DNA of 64,000 bases from Bacteroidia bacterium. Its GTDB lineage: Bacteria; Bacteroidota; Bacteroidia; M30B66. The notes below the pieces were generated by a model that was given only the letters and a program-made list of their open reading frames with translations, did not search any database and had not been told where the DNA came from. The stretch spans positions 192,001 through 256,000 of the forward strand of contig OZ257142.1 of NCBI GenBank assembly GCA_965279035.1, given 5' to 3'. This document shows, in pieces, positions 21,371 to 31,610 of the stretch. The position numbers and the translations under genes were made by a program. Position 1 is the first letter of the stretch. Every line of letters starts with the position of its first letter.

Positions 21371-22128
21371 TATGAACGAGATGCTTTCCTTATCCGTTTA
21401 AATAATTCGGATGCGTATACAAAATCATTAATCTCTTGATTATCTGTTTCAAGAATGTCTTGCTTATTTCCCTCCCACCATTTTTGGCCCTTATTCAAAT
21501 AAATTATCTTCTCCCCTATCTCTAAAACAGAATTCATATCATGGGTATTGATAACGGTTGTGATATTATACTCCTTCGTTATTTCATGAATTAAATTATC
21601 AATGATGATGGATGTTTTGGGATCAAGTCCTGAATTAGGTTCATCGCAAAACAAATAGCGCGGATTAAGGGCAATAGCTCGTGCAATAGCAACTCGTTTT
21701 TTCATCCCACCACTTAATTGAGATGGAAATAACTTATTGGCATTCGTTAAATTTACCCTATTCAAACAAAAGTTGACACGCTCTCTCCTTTCCTCTCCCG
21801 ACATTTTCCCAAACATCTGTAATGGAAATGCAACGTTTTCCTCTACCGTTTGAGAATCGAAAAGAGCGCCTCCTTGAAAGACCATCCCGATTTCTTTGCG
21901 AATCTCTCTTCGTTGATCTTCATCAAGTAAGGAGAAATCGCGTCCATCATATAAAATATTTCCTTCGTCTATTTGATATAAGGCTACAAGACATTTGATC
22001 AACACCGTTTTCCCTGAACCACTTCCCCCAATAACCAAGTTCGTTTTCCCCTCTTCAAAAATCACGTTAATATGATCCAGAATCTGGCGATTATCAAAGC
22101 TTTTACAGATGTTTTTAACCTCAATCAT
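21370..22128 (-). CDS. mlaF: ABC transporter ATP-binding protein, MlaF-like
   Basis: Walker A GGSGSGKT, LSGGMKKRVAIARA and CDEPNSGLDP. Paired with an MlaE-type permease. Confidence 0.85.
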   Translation of the reverse strand: MIEVKNICKSFDNRQILDHINVIFEEGKTNLVIGGSGSGKTVLIKCLVALYQIDEGNILYDGRDFSLLDEDQRREIRKEIGMVFQGGALFDSQTVEENVAFPLQMFGKMSGEERRERVNFCLNRVNLTNANKLFPSQLSGGMKKRVAIARAIALNPRYLFCDEPNSGLDPKTSIIIDNLIHEITKEYNITTVINTHDMNSVLEIGEKIIYLNKGQKWWEGNKQDILETDNQEINDFVYASELFKRIRKASRS

Positions 22129-22865
22129 GCTAAGAGTAATTGAGTTAAAATATAATTAGCAACCAATATGAAAATACTGCTATAAACAACCGCTTTCGTG
22201 CTAGAACTGCCCACTTCCAAAGCTCCACCTGAAGTGTAATATCCATAATAGGAAGAAATGGATGTGATAATGAACGCAAAAAATAAGGTTTTCACGAGGG
22301 CGTATACCACATAAAAAGGTTTGAAAACATACTGTATTCCATATAAATATTCAGTCGTAGTAACACTTCCGGCTATTACTCCAAAAAACCATCCTCCAGC
22401 AATTCCTAAAAACATACTCAGAATAATCAAAAATGGATTGATCAAAACAGCAGCAAGGATTTTAGGAAGCACTAAATAAGAAGAGGAATTTATCCCCATA
22501 ATTTCTAATGCATCAATTTGTTCTGTAACCCGCATTGTACCAATCTCAGATGCGATACTTGATCCCACCTTTCCAGCTAAAATCAAACTGATGATGGTTG
22601 GGGAAAACTCCAAAATAATGGAATCGCGCGTTGCTAAACCAACAGCATATAGTGGAATAAAAGGACTGTCGATATTATATGCCGTTTGAATGGTGATTAC
22701 AGCTCCCATAAAAAGGGAAATGATTGTAATGATAGGCAAAGAGTTGATTCCCAGAGAATTTATCTCGTACAACAATTGCCTTCTGAACCAAGCAAATCGT
22801 TGGGGTTTTCGGAAAACATTCCGAATAAAAAGGTAATAATGACCTGTTGAATAAAATATGTTCAT
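22125..22865 (-). CDS. mlaE: MlaE family ABC permease
   Basis: AGKVGSSIASEIGTMRVTEQIDALEIMG signature. Confidence 0.9.
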   Translation of the reverse strand: MNIFYSTGHYYLFIRNVFRKPQRFAWFRRQLLYEINSLGINSLPIITIISLFMGAVITIQTAYNIDSPFIPLYAVGLATRDSIILEFSPTIISLILAGKVGSSIASEIGTMRVTEQIDALEIMGINSSSYLVLPKILAAVLINPFLIILSMFLGIAGGWFFGVIAGSVTTTEYLYGIQYVFKPFYVVYALVKTLFFAFIITSISSYYGYYTSGGALEVGSSSTKAVVYSSIFILVANYILTQLLLA

Positions 22866-22988
22866 TTACAGCCCAAACCTAAGCAAAATACAGGATGGCT
22901 TTGGTTTCAAAAAATTGATTTTTCAAGGGATACACTGTTGATAGTTTATCATGAATGCAATATGCCTTCGTAACTTGCAGCAGAATCT

Positions 22989-24263
22989 ATGAATCAAGTT
23001 CATCTAGCTCAACGCTTAAATTTATTTAATCATCTCTCAAAATTAGAAGAATGTGTTTTTCTTCTTGATTCAAATGGATATGATGATGGGTATGGATCAT
23101 TTAGTTGGTTAATACTCGCTGGCAAAAAACGTTCGGTCAATGATAAAATGAATGATGGAAATCCTTGGGATGCACTACGTAATTTTTTAAAAGAGCCTAC
23201 TAATGCACCCTTCATTCCCGGATTTTTATCCTACGACTTAAAAAATTATATTGAAAATCTTCACTCGAATAACCTAGATCAAACTGAATTCGACCTTCTT
23301 TCTTTTGTCGAACCTACGCTTATATATGGCTTTGATCGTATGGATAATTTAATTTCATATGGTGATATTGGATTTGTTAATTCATGCATCCATGAAGAAA
23401 TTAAATCAGTAAAGCTTCCAGAAATTAATCTCAAATGCTATACTTCTGAAGAAGCTTATGAGCAACATTTTAACACATTAAAATCACATATTTTACGTGG
23501 AGATATCTATGAAGTAAATTACTGCATTCATTTTGGTTCCCTTGTGAAAGAATTGAATCCCATTGAATTATATTCTAGGCTAACACGTATTTCACCATCA
23601 CCATTTGCTTGCTTAATGAAAAATGGAAATCAATGGTTGATTGGATCAAGTCCAGAACGTTTTATTCATAAAAAAGGGAAACAGCTAATTTCTCAACCAA
23701 TAAAAGGAACTATTCGAAAATCAGAATCACCTATTCATGATCAAATAGCTATAGAACAATTAAAGAATGATCCCAAAGAACGAGCTGAAAATATTATGAT
23801 TGTTGATTTAGTTCGAAACGATCTTTCGCATTATGCTCTAAAGGGCTCTGTGATTGTTGAAGAACTCTGTGAGATTTATCCATTTGCTACAGTTCATCAT
23901 ATGATTTCTACTATAAAAGCCGAGTTAACAGAGCAAAAATTTGGTCTAGATGCTATGATTAAAGCGTTTCCAATGGGTTCAATGACTGGAGCTCCCAAAA
24001 TTCGAGCAATGCAACTAGCAGAAGAAGAAGAGAATTTCAGAAGAGGAATTTATGCTGGTGCAATAGGATATTTTACATCAGAAGGTGATTATGACTTTGC
24101 CGTTATTATTCGGTCATTCACATGGAATGCACAATCAGGTTACCTTTCTTTCAGCACTGGTGGTGCTATAACTCAACGCTCAAATGCAAAAAACGAATAT
24201 TCCGAATGCTTATTAAAAGCTGAAGCATTAATGAAAGCATGTAATGATGAATCGGCTAATTGA
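22989..24263 (+). CDS. pabB: Anthranilate synthase component I family protein (PabB-like aminodeoxychorismate synthase)
   Basis: Chorismate-binding motifs SSPERF, PIKGT, KERAENIMIVDLVRND and FPMGSMTGAPK. Confidence 0.85.
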   Translation: MNQVHLAQRLNLFNHLSKLEECVFLLDSNGYDDGYGSFSWLILAGKKRSVNDKMNDGNPWDALRNFLKEPTNAPFIPGFLSYDLKNYIENLHSNNLDQTEFDLLSFVEPTLIYGFDRMDNLISYGDIGFVNSCIHEEIKSVKLPEINLKCYTSEEAYEQHFNTLKSHILRGDIYEVNYCIHFGSLVKELNPIELYSRLTRISPSPFACLMKNGNQWLIGSSPERFIHKKGKQLISQPIKGTIRKSESPIHDQIAIEQLKNDPKERAENIMIVDLVRNDLSHYALKGSVIVEELCEIYPFATVHHMISTIKAELTEQKFGLDAMIKAFPMGSMTGAPKIRAMQLAEEEENFRRGIYAGAIGYFTSEGDYDFAVIIRSFTWNAQSGYLSFSTGGAITQRSNAKNEYSECLLKAEALMKACNDESAN

Positions 24264-25551
24264 ACAATTCCCCAAAACACTTAAGAATCTTGGAATATCA
24301 TTGGAGAATCATGTGTATCTCGCACTTAGTTCTGGGCTTGATTCCGTGGTTCTCCTCGATTTATTTGCTCAATTTGGTTTTATCGGAACAATCGCTCATG
24401 TTAATTATGGATTACGAGGCGAGGACTCGATAGAAGATGAAGCACTAGCTCATAAACTTGCACTTCACTATCGTTGGAAAATAGAAGTGCTTTCTGCTGA
24501 TAATGAGATAAGTGAGCATCCTGGTGAATCAACCCAAATTGCTGCTCGAAGAATTCGTTACGATTGGTTTAATCTGCTTTTAGAAAGAAATTCATCATCA
24601 GTTTTAGCACTTGCGCATCATGCAAACGATCAAGCTGAAACATTCTTTATCAAGCTTTTAAGAGGTGGTGGAGTTGAAAGTCTTTCTGGAATGGATGAAC
24701 AGAATAGAAAATTTATTAGACCATTATTGAAGTATTCAAAAGAGGATCTTTTAGCATATGCTACTGAAAAAGAATTGGTTTGGAGAGAAGATCGAAGCAA
24801 TCAATCAGATGTGTATTTGAGAAATGCGATACGGCATCATATAATCCCTTCGATGATTCATGTTCAGCCTAATTCTTTACGGATGATGAATGAATCTATC
24901 ACACGTTTGAAAAGTGAAGAAAAACAACTTCGCTTTTTCACACAAGCATGGATAAAAGATCATGTAAATTATTTGCATTCAGGTTTTTCAATTAAGAAAA
25001 CTGATTTAGTCAATATGCCTTCACCCACATTTTTATTGCATGAATTATTGAAGGATTATGGATTTTCTTGGCGGTTTTGTGAGAGTATCTCCTCTAATCT
25101 TACCAATACACATACTCAGTACTTTTCTGCTGGCAAAAATGTTATCGTGTTAGACCGGCTTAATCTATCACTTAATCAGCATGTTGCGGCTGTTTCTGAG
25201 GATGAAACTGCAATTACTCCAACTATTTCTATAGAATATCATTCTACAATGCCCGAAAACATAGGCATTCAAACAAAAAATGAAGCTTGGTTTAGTGTAA
25301 ATAAAATTCAAGGAAAACTCTTATTAAGAAAGTGGCAAAAAGGCGATAGATACTGGCCTTGGGGAATGAATGGCAGCAAATTACTAAGTGATTATTTTAC
25401 AGATTTAAAATTACAACCAGAAGAAAAAGAAAATCAATGGATATTAACCTGTGACAATGAGATTGTTTGGGTTGTGAATCTTAGAATTGACAGGCGTTTC
25501 GCGGCAGATCCTGGAGAAAAAGACCTCGTTTGTATTCGAGTTTCAGAATAA
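24247..25551 (+). CDS. tilS: tRNA(Ile)-lysidine synthetase
   Basis: PP-loop ALSSGLDSVV, AHHANDQAET, IRPLL, WREDRSN...RNAIRH and a TilS C-terminal domain. Confidence 0.93.
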   Translation: MNRLIEQFPKTLKNLGISLENHVYLALSSGLDSVVLLDLFAQFGFIGTIAHVNYGLRGEDSIEDEALAHKLALHYRWKIEVLSADNEISEHPGESTQIAARRIRYDWFNLLLERNSSSVLALAHHANDQAETFFIKLLRGGGVESLSGMDEQNRKFIRPLLKYSKEDLLAYATEKELVWREDRSNQSDVYLRNAIRHHIIPSMIHVQPNSLRMMNESITRLKSEEKQLRFFTQAWIKDHVNYLHSGFSIKKTDLVNMPSPTFLLHELLKDYGFSWRFCESISSNLTNTHTQYFSAGKNVIVLDRLNLSLNQHVAAVSEDETAITPTISIEYHSTMPENIGIQTKNEAWFSVNKIQGKLLLRKWQKGDRYWPWGMNGSKLLSDYFTDLKLQPEEKENQWILTCDNEIVWVVNLRIDRRFAADPGEKDLVCIRVSE

Positions 25552-25622
25552 ACTATCTATGAAACTATGGTTTAGCAAAGACGTAACAGGATTCAGAAAC
25601 TGAAATTTAAAAACCTGACCAT

Positions 25623-25907
25623 ATGCGTAATGTGCCAATCGTTGAAAAAGAGACTGTGAAAAACATGGTTTTCCCAAGAGAAGAAGTACTTAAAAATAAA
25701 GATTCTGCAATCGAGAGGAGAACCTTACTCGAAAGAGCAACAATACTCAGTAATTTGTATCATAACAAAGTGAAAATTGTTTTCGAAGACCGTGATGGAA
25801 GCAAAATGGTCGACACAACAATTTGGGCTACGACCGAAGCTGCCATTATGCTTAAAGGTGGTGTGGTAATCCCAATTCATCGTATTCATAGCATTGACTT
25901 AGTTTAA
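25623..25907 (+). CDS. Small conserved-looking hypothetical protein
   Basis: Clean 94 aa ORF ending LKGGVVIPIHRI; protein-like composition. Confidence 0.75.
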   Translation: MRNVPIVEKETVKNMVFPREEVLKNKDSAIERRTLLERATILSNLYHNKVKIVFEDRDGSKMVDTTIWATTEAAIMLKGGVVIPIHRIHSIDLV

Positions 25908-25998
25908 GCGTCAAATTGACAGCAAATCGGCATTTATTAAAATAATTCCTGTCGATTTAACCACGTTGGCGCATACCGTATAGAGGTTTATCGTAATT

Positions 25999-26031
25999 TG
26001 AGCCGGGGAACAGTTGTTGTTCCCCGGCTCA
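25999..26031. promoter_or_regulatory. Perfect 14-bp GC-rich hairpin upstream of lemA
   Basis: TGAGCCGGGGAACA-GTTGT-TGTTCCCCGGCTCA with no adjacent U-tract. Confidence 0.5.
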
Positions 26032-26053
26032 CGTATTTTAAACCCATACATAC

Positions 26054-26641
26054 ATGAAAAGCATTGTTTCAATTGGCGTAATCCTTCTAGTTGTCATCTT
26101 ACTTTTTGGCATTGGAGGATGTTCTTATAATAAAATGGTACAGAAGCAAGAAGCTGTATCGAGTGCATGGTCACAAGTTGAAAATGTTTATCAACGTAGA
26201 GCCGACCTCATTCCAAACCTAGTTAATACCGTTAAAGGAGCAGCAAATTTTGAAAAAAGCACTCTAGAGGCTGTTATGCAGGCTCGTGCGAGTGCTACGA
26301 GTGTTAAAATTGATGCAAATAATTTAGATGCTGCGAGTTTCCAGAAATTTGAACAAGCTCAACAAGGAGTTACTTCAGCATTATCACGTTTATTGGTTTC
26401 GGTTGAAGCATATCCCGAATTAAAAGCCAATCAAAACTTTCGTGATTTACAAACACAATTGGAAGGAACCGAAAATCGGATTGCTGTTGAAAGAAAGAAT
26501 TTCAATGAAATTGTGAAAGATTACAATAGCCATATCCGCTCTTTTCCGAACAACCTATATGCAGGCATGTTTGGATTTACTACGAAAGAATATTTCAAAG
26601 CTGCTGAAGGATCTGATAAAACTCCTGAAGTAAAATTCTAA
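26054..26641 (+). CDS. lemA: LemA family protein
   Basis: YQRRADLIPNLVNTVKG, VEAYPELKANQNF and LEGTENRIAVER. Confidence 0.95.
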   Translation: MKSIVSIGVILLVVILLFGIGGCSYNKMVQKQEAVSSAWSQVENVYQRRADLIPNLVNTVKGAANFEKSTLEAVMQARASATSVKIDANNLDAASFQKFEQAQQGVTSALSRLLVSVEAYPELKANQNFRDLQTQLEGTENRIAVERKNFNEIVKDYNSHIRSFPNNLYAGMFGFTTKEYFKAAEGSDKTPEVKF

Positions 26642-27075
26642 TGGCTCAGAAATTCATTAGTAAATCTGAAGAAAAAGCAATTACGGATGCGATTGCTTTG
26701 GCAGAAAAGGAAACTTCAGGCGAAATTCGGGTTCATATCGAATCTACGTGCAAAGGAGATGCTGTTGATAGAGCCGTAGAAATCTTTTATCGATTAAAAA
26801 TGGAGCAGACGAAAGAAAAAAATGGTGTACTGCTTTATGTTGCAATCAAAGATCGAAAGCTTGCAATCATTGGTGATTCTGGAATAAATGCTGTTGTGCC
26901 AGATGGTTTTTGGGACAAAACAAAAGACTTTCTCGTTAACCATTTTAAAGAAAGCAAATTTACTGAAGGATTAGTTGGAGCAATTGATCAAGCGGGACAA
27001 CAACTTAAACAGTACTTTCCTTATCAAAGTAACGATAGCAATGAACTCTCCAATGAAATCTCAATCGGGAATTAA
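26641..27075 (+). CDS. TPM domain-containing protein
   Basis: AEKETSGEIRVHIE and NGVLLYVA...IIGDSGIN. Classic lemA operon position. Confidence 0.9.
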   Translation: MAQKFISKSEEKAITDAIALAEKETSGEIRVHIESTCKGDAVDRAVEIFYRLKMEQTKEKNGVLLYVAIKDRKLAIIGDSGINAVVPDGFWDKTKDFLVNHFKESKFTEGLVGAIDQAGQQLKQYFPYQSNDSNELSNEISIGN

Positions 27076-27829
27076 GAAAATTGCGTTCGTTTTTCTCCTG
27101 CTTTCCGGGTTTTGTCTGAATTTGTATTCAAGGGATTTACCTAAGAGACCAGAACCTGCTCGACTAGTAAATGACTTTGCATCAATCCTTTCGGATTCTG
27201 AAAAAGATCAATTAGAGAAAAAATTAGTTGCATTCGATGATAGTACCTCCAATCAAATTGCGATTGTAACACTATCGAACTTGGATGGAGAGCCAGCTTC
27301 TTCTTATGCTCCTGAACTTTTCAATTCTTGGAAAATAGGAAATCAAGGTAGAAATAATGGGGTGTTGATTCTAGTTTCAATGGACAATCCTCGAGAGGTA
27401 TTTATCAATACAGGCTATGGAATGGAAGAATTCATACCGGATATTACCGCCGGAAGAATCGTCCAAGAGGATTTACTACCTTTCTTTAAGCAAAAGCTTT
27501 ATTATCAAGGTTTAGATAAAGCATCAACTGATTTGATGCAGTTATTATCTGGAACATTTAAAGGATTTCCTAAAAAAGAACGACAACGTGGTATTCCTCC
27601 ATTAGTCATTGTTGTATTAATCATTGTCGCTATAATACTTATATCTAGATCGAAAGGAGGAGGAGGAGGAAGGTATATGCGCACCTTTGGAGGTCCTGGA
27701 TTTGGAGGATGGGGCGGCGGCGGATTTGGAGGATTCGGAGGCAGTTCAGGAGGAGGTTTTAGTGGTGGTGGATTTGGTGGATTTGGAGGAGGAAGTACCG
27801 GTGGGGGTGGCGCTGGAGGTAGTTGGTAA
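27041..27829 (+). CDS. TPM domain protein (YgcG-like) with Gly-rich tail
   Basis: VNDFASIL, NNGVLILV and TGYGME motifs, a TM helix, and a tail ending GGGGAGGSW. Start uncertain. Confidence 0.9.
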   Translation: MNSPMKSQSGIKKIAFVFLLLSGFCLNLYSRDLPKRPEPARLVNDFASILSDSEKDQLEKKLVAFDDSTSNQIAIVTLSNLDGEPASSYAPELFNSWKIGNQGRNNGVLILVSMDNPREVFINTGYGMEEFIPDITAGRIVQEDLLPFFKQKLYYQGLDKASTDLMQLLSGTFKGFPKKERQRGIPPLVIVVLIIVAIILISRSKGGGGGRYMRTFGGPGFGGWGGGGFGGFGGSSGGGFSGGGFGGFGGGSTGGGGAGGSW

Positions 27830-27899
27830 GATATTTTATTAAAATCGTTGCGAAATGACAAGAATTCTTTTAGGTTTGAATTCACTCAATTCGAAATAA

Positions 27900-28460
27900 A
27901 TGAAGCTCATCTTTACACTGGTATTTCTCATTTTTACTGTCAATGGATATAGTCAAGCTGCCAAAGGAATGGAATACTTTGATGGCTGGGCATGCACAAA
28001 GAAAGGGGATACACTACGAGGAAAAATCTGCTATGAAAGCACTAAAACAGGTGAACGCTTTGATAAAATTTTCTTCATCGATGCAGCCAATGCCAAAAAA
28101 CGCCTAGGTCCAGAAAAGCTTGTTTCTTTTGGTGTTCAAGGGAAAATTTATGAATATGTCTTGTTAGAAGAAGCCCCTTCAGCTCTCCCAATGCAACAAG
28201 TTATAGTGGGTGATATCAGTTTATATTATGGGTATTTTCCAACGATGGAAGCAACTCCTCAGAAATTTATTTACGAAAAGGGAATCTTTTTGAAAAAGAA
28301 AGATCAAGAAGGATACTTTGAAGTATTGGATAAGAAATTCCAAAAAACAATGTCGACCTATTTTAAAGGAGATGATGACATTATTAAATTAATTAAAGAC
28401 AACGACTATCAAGCTAAAGACATTGAAAAGATTGTTGCAGCATACAACGCAAAGAAATAA
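27900..28460 (+). CDS. Hypothetical exported protein
   Basis: Signal peptide ending YSQ and a KGDTLRGKI-type N-terminal motif. Confidence 0.75.
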   Translation: MKLIFTLVFLIFTVNGYSQAAKGMEYFDGWACTKKGDTLRGKICYESTKTGERFDKIFFIDAANAKKRLGPEKLVSFGVQGKIYEYVLLEEAPSALPMQQVIVGDISLYYGYFPTMEATPQKFIYEKGIFLKKKDQEGYFEVLDKKFQKTMSTYFKGDDDIIKLIKDNDYQAKDIEKIVAAYNAKK

Positions 28461-28492
28461 TTTTTCATTCGACTCTACACCTATACATATGT

Positions 28493-28524
28493 ATATAAAA
28501 AGCGGCAATTGCCGCTTTTTATAT
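28493..28524. terminator. Bidirectional terminator (perfect 32-bp palindrome)
   Basis: ATATAAAAAGCGGCAATTGCCGCTTTTTATAT. Confidence 0.8.
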
Positions 28525-28794
28525 TTTTAGTTAGTTATAAGGGGAATAAACAAGCTTGACTGATTTTAAAATAGAAAAAGCCAGCTCCTTGTGTAAGTTT
28601 TTCTGTTGATATCGGTTAACAACTTTTGCAATATTATACCTCAAGCGGCTGATTTTATACTTTTGAGATGCATTGATGACTTTGTATTGATTTTATTACA
28701 TAAATATGCATCAACTTTTTTGTAACTTTAATTTGACTTCTCTGTAAGAATAGATAACTTTGAACCCGTTAACCTAACTAAAATTCAGAACAGT

Positions 28795-30231
28795 ATGAAA
28801 TTATCTACAATTGTTCGCTTACCACTTTTCGCAGCAGCATTGCTCGTTGCTGGAAATGCAGAAGCACAAGTAACAGCTACTAGCGTAGTAGGCTTTACAC
28901 AAGGAATGCGCGCTGATGGTGTTTCTCCAATTGGAGTTACCCGTAGCAATGCTAACAATGCTCTTGGAGCAATTAACGTAAATGATGTAAACATCGGAGA
29001 AGTAGCTAACAATTCTGCTTCAGTTGAGTTTGTATCATTAGGATTTGGTGGTGAGATTGTACTTGAATTTGCAAGTCCAATCTGCAACATCTGGGGAAGT
29101 AACGATTTAACTATCTATGAAACTTCTTACGGAACACCTTCTTGCGCATCATGGCCAGAAAGAGCATTGGTTTATGCTCGTCAAGATGAGTGTCAGCCTT
29201 GGATTTTGATTAGCCCTAGTTTTGCTGATGGTGGAATTTGTCAAAATGCTGATCTTGATTTAGGTGTTCTTAGCTGGGCTAAATACATTAAAATTGAGGA
29301 CATCACAAACCCAACTACTTTCCTTGCAAACAACCAAGATGGTTATGATGTAGACGGTGTTGTTGGATATTCAACTTGTGATGGTGGTGCATATGGTGCT
29401 GGTGGTAAGTATTCACCAAATGCTGTTGCTTCTTTAGCTCAAGGTCTTCGTAGAAACGGAAGCGGAGTTCCTGCTAACCGTTCAATCCAAAGCAGAATGT
29501 TAGGTGCTCCTCAAATGAGTGATGCTTCTACAACTCCAGCTAACTATCCATTCTTTGCTCTTGGATATGCTGGTACAGTAACTCTTTCTTTCCCTTACAC
29601 AATTCTTAATGTAACAGGAGCTGATCTTCAAGTTTTTGAAACTACTTTCGGTGACAACCCTTCACGTCCTTGCTCTAGCTATCCTGAGAAGGCTAAATTC
29701 GAAGGTTCTGTTGATGGAATTACTTTCTTCGATCTTGATGCAGTTGTTACTGCTGATGATGGTGGTGCTATCCTTTGCCGCGATGGTAAATTGAATATCC
29801 CTGCTGGTCAAGCTGGTTTAAACTTCATCCGTGTTACAGATGTTACTACTGCTTTCGGTCCTGGAACTACAGATGCTTATGATATCGATGGTATCGTAGG
29901 TCTTGGTCAGTGTGGTGTTTCTACAAGCCCTAGCAACGGTCAAAAAGTAGCTACTGAAGAAGAAATTGGAGAAGGTGAATTCGGAATCGATATCTACCCT
30001 AACCCAGCTTCTGATGTTGCAACATTGAATGTTACTGGTGTTAACAACATGGATAACTACACAATCAAAGTAATTGATCTAATGGGTCGTGTTATCTCTA
30101 CTGAATCTGTAAACAACGGAACTGGTAGCTTTACTCACAATCTTGGAATCAACAAATTGACTGCTGGTATCTACATCATCTCTGTAGAATCTAACGGTTC
30201 ACGTGAAGTTGCTAAATTGATCAAAAAATAA
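28795..30231 (+). CDS. Secreted T9SS type A protein with an internally duplicated beta-rich domain
   Basis: Signal peptide, two homologous domains and C-terminal IYPNPASD...AGIYIISV...KLIKK. TAACTTTG box at 28755-28762. Confidence 0.9.
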   Translation: MKLSTIVRLPLFAAALLVAGNAEAQVTATSVVGFTQGMRADGVSPIGVTRSNANNALGAINVNDVNIGEVANNSASVEFVSLGFGGEIVLEFASPICNIWGSNDLTIYETSYGTPSCASWPERALVYARQDECQPWILISPSFADGGICQNADLDLGVLSWAKYIKIEDITNPTTFLANNQDGYDVDGVVGYSTCDGGAYGAGGKYSPNAVASLAQGLRRNGSGVPANRSIQSRMLGAPQMSDASTTPANYPFFALGYAGTVTLSFPYTILNVTGADLQVFETTFGDNPSRPCSSYPEKAKFEGSVDGITFFDLDAVVTADDGGAILCRDGKLNIPAGQAGLNFIRVTDVTTAFGPGTTDAYDIDGIVGLGQCGVSTSPSNGQKVATEEEIGEGEFGIDIYPNPASDVATLNVTGVNNMDNYTIKVIDLMGRVISTESVNNGTGSFTHNLGINKLTAGIYIISVESNGSREVAKLIKK

Positions 30232-30248
30232 TCAGTATCCCTGATACT

Positions 30249-30282
30249 AAAAACCCTGACCAAATGGTCAGGGTTTTTTTTT
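30249..30282 (+). terminator. Intrinsic terminator
   Basis: AAAAACCCTGACC-AAAT-GGTCAGGGTTTTTTTTT. Confidence 0.9.
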
Positions 30283-30418
30283 GCCCATACTTAGCAAGAT
30301 TCTCCCAATACAAAATCTATTTTCATTACCCTTAAATCCTATTTACTCTTGCATTTATTTGAAGAGTATATCCATAGTTAATTTGAATTTATACTATGTA
30401 ACAATGAATCTAAACAAC

Positions 30419-30460
30419 TAAAAAAACGGCGATATCTTTCGTCAAAGAATATCACCGTTT
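30419..30460 (-). terminator. Intrinsic terminator of the heavy-metal efflux operon
   Basis: Minus strand reads AAACGGTGATATTCTTTGACGAAAGATATCGCCG followed by a T-run. Confidence 0.75.
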
Positions 30461-30480
30461 CTAATTTATCCTAAATGGAA

Positions 30481-31608
30481 TTAATCTTCCTCTGCAGTAT
30501 TTTTCAATTGCATGAGTAATGTATACGCTCCTTTTAATACTACAGTCTTTGAGACCAAGTTAGAGGCATCAATAATTTGAGTAAATCCATTTTCGTTACT
30601 ACCTGTAGTTACCTCAACTAATTCAAAGTGATTGGAATGATCTTGAACAAACACATATTGGTGTCCTTTAAATAATACAATTGCTTCGTCAGGCAATACA
30701 TCCGAATTAACACTCTTCAAATTAATCTCAGCATTCATAAACATGCCGGGAATTAGGAGCTCATCGTATTTTTCAAAATGACAATGGACTTCTGCATTTC
30801 TATCCTCAGATAATGTTTTCCCAATTAAGATTACCTCACATTCATGTTTCTTTTCTGGTTCACGATTGTTATAAGCAATAAGCTTTTGACCAATAAAAAT
30901 ATCATCCAAATCTTTTTCGAAAACAGTTAATGCAAGGTGAATGTCTGAAGGATTCACCAATTCGAAAAGCACCTCACTTGGTTGAGTATATTTTCCAATA
31001 TTCACGTTCACATGTGTTACAAACCCATCAATTGGAGAATACACATTGATGCTTTTGGATATCGTGTTTTCAGATAATTTATTAGGATCAATACCGATCA
31101 ACTTTAGCTTTTCACCTAATGATTTAAGCGTAATCTTTTGAGTTGTGAAATCCGATTCTGCTTGTTGAAAAACTTTGTCGCTTGTAGATTTACTTTGATT
31201 TAGCTCCTTCTGCCGTTCAAATTCTTTTTCGGAATATTTCAGTTTTGCTTCTGCTATTAAATAATCTTGTTGAAGCTGGATGTATTGCTGGTCTTCCATT
31301 ACGGCTATTACTTCTCCTTTTCTAATATGCATTCCTGGTAAAAGCTGAGTTGATTTTAAATAGCCACCTAAAGGAACGCTCACCGAAACCATATTTTGAG
31401 GTGGTACATCTATTTTACCGCTTACTTGAAGAATTCGAGAGATCATCTTTTTCTGAATATGACCAATCGTAATTCCTGCATTTTTTGCCTGTGAATCTGT
31501 CAGTGTTACCGTTTGTGTTTCGCTCAAAGGTTCTTGAGTTTGTTGTACCGTATTGGATCCACAAGCTGACATTAAAAGAATGGAAATGAATATATGATGA
31601 GTTTTCAT
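30481..31608 (-). CDS. Heavy-metal RND periplasmic adaptor (CzcB/CusB-like)
   Basis: Lipobox MSAC, GKIDVPPQ and SPIDGFV. Directly downstream of the czcA-like gene. Confidence 0.9.
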   Translation of the reverse strand: MKTHHIFISILLMSACGSNTVQQTQEPLSETQTVTLTDSQAKNAGITIGHIQKKMISRILQVSGKIDVPPQNMVSVSVPLGGYLKSTQLLPGMHIRKGEVIAVMEDQQYIQLQQDYLIAEAKLKYSEKEFERQKELNQSKSTSDKVFQQAESDFTTQKITLKSLGEKLKLIGIDPNKLSENTISKSINVYSPIDGFVTHVNVNIGKYTQPSEVLFELVNPSDIHLALTVFEKDLDDIFIGQKLIAYNNREPEKKHECEVILIGKTLSEDRNAEVHCHFEKYDELLIPGMFMNAEINLKSVNSDVLPDEAIVLFKGHQYVFVQDHSNHFELVEVTTGSNENGFTQIIDASNLVSKTVVLKGAYTLLMQLKNTAEED

Positions 31609-31610
31609 GA

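Noticed and set aside
27505-27885. Pro-rich minus-strand ORF and GGA/GGT low-complexity tract
   Set aside because: It is the antisense shadow of the normal Gly-rich tail of the TPM protein.
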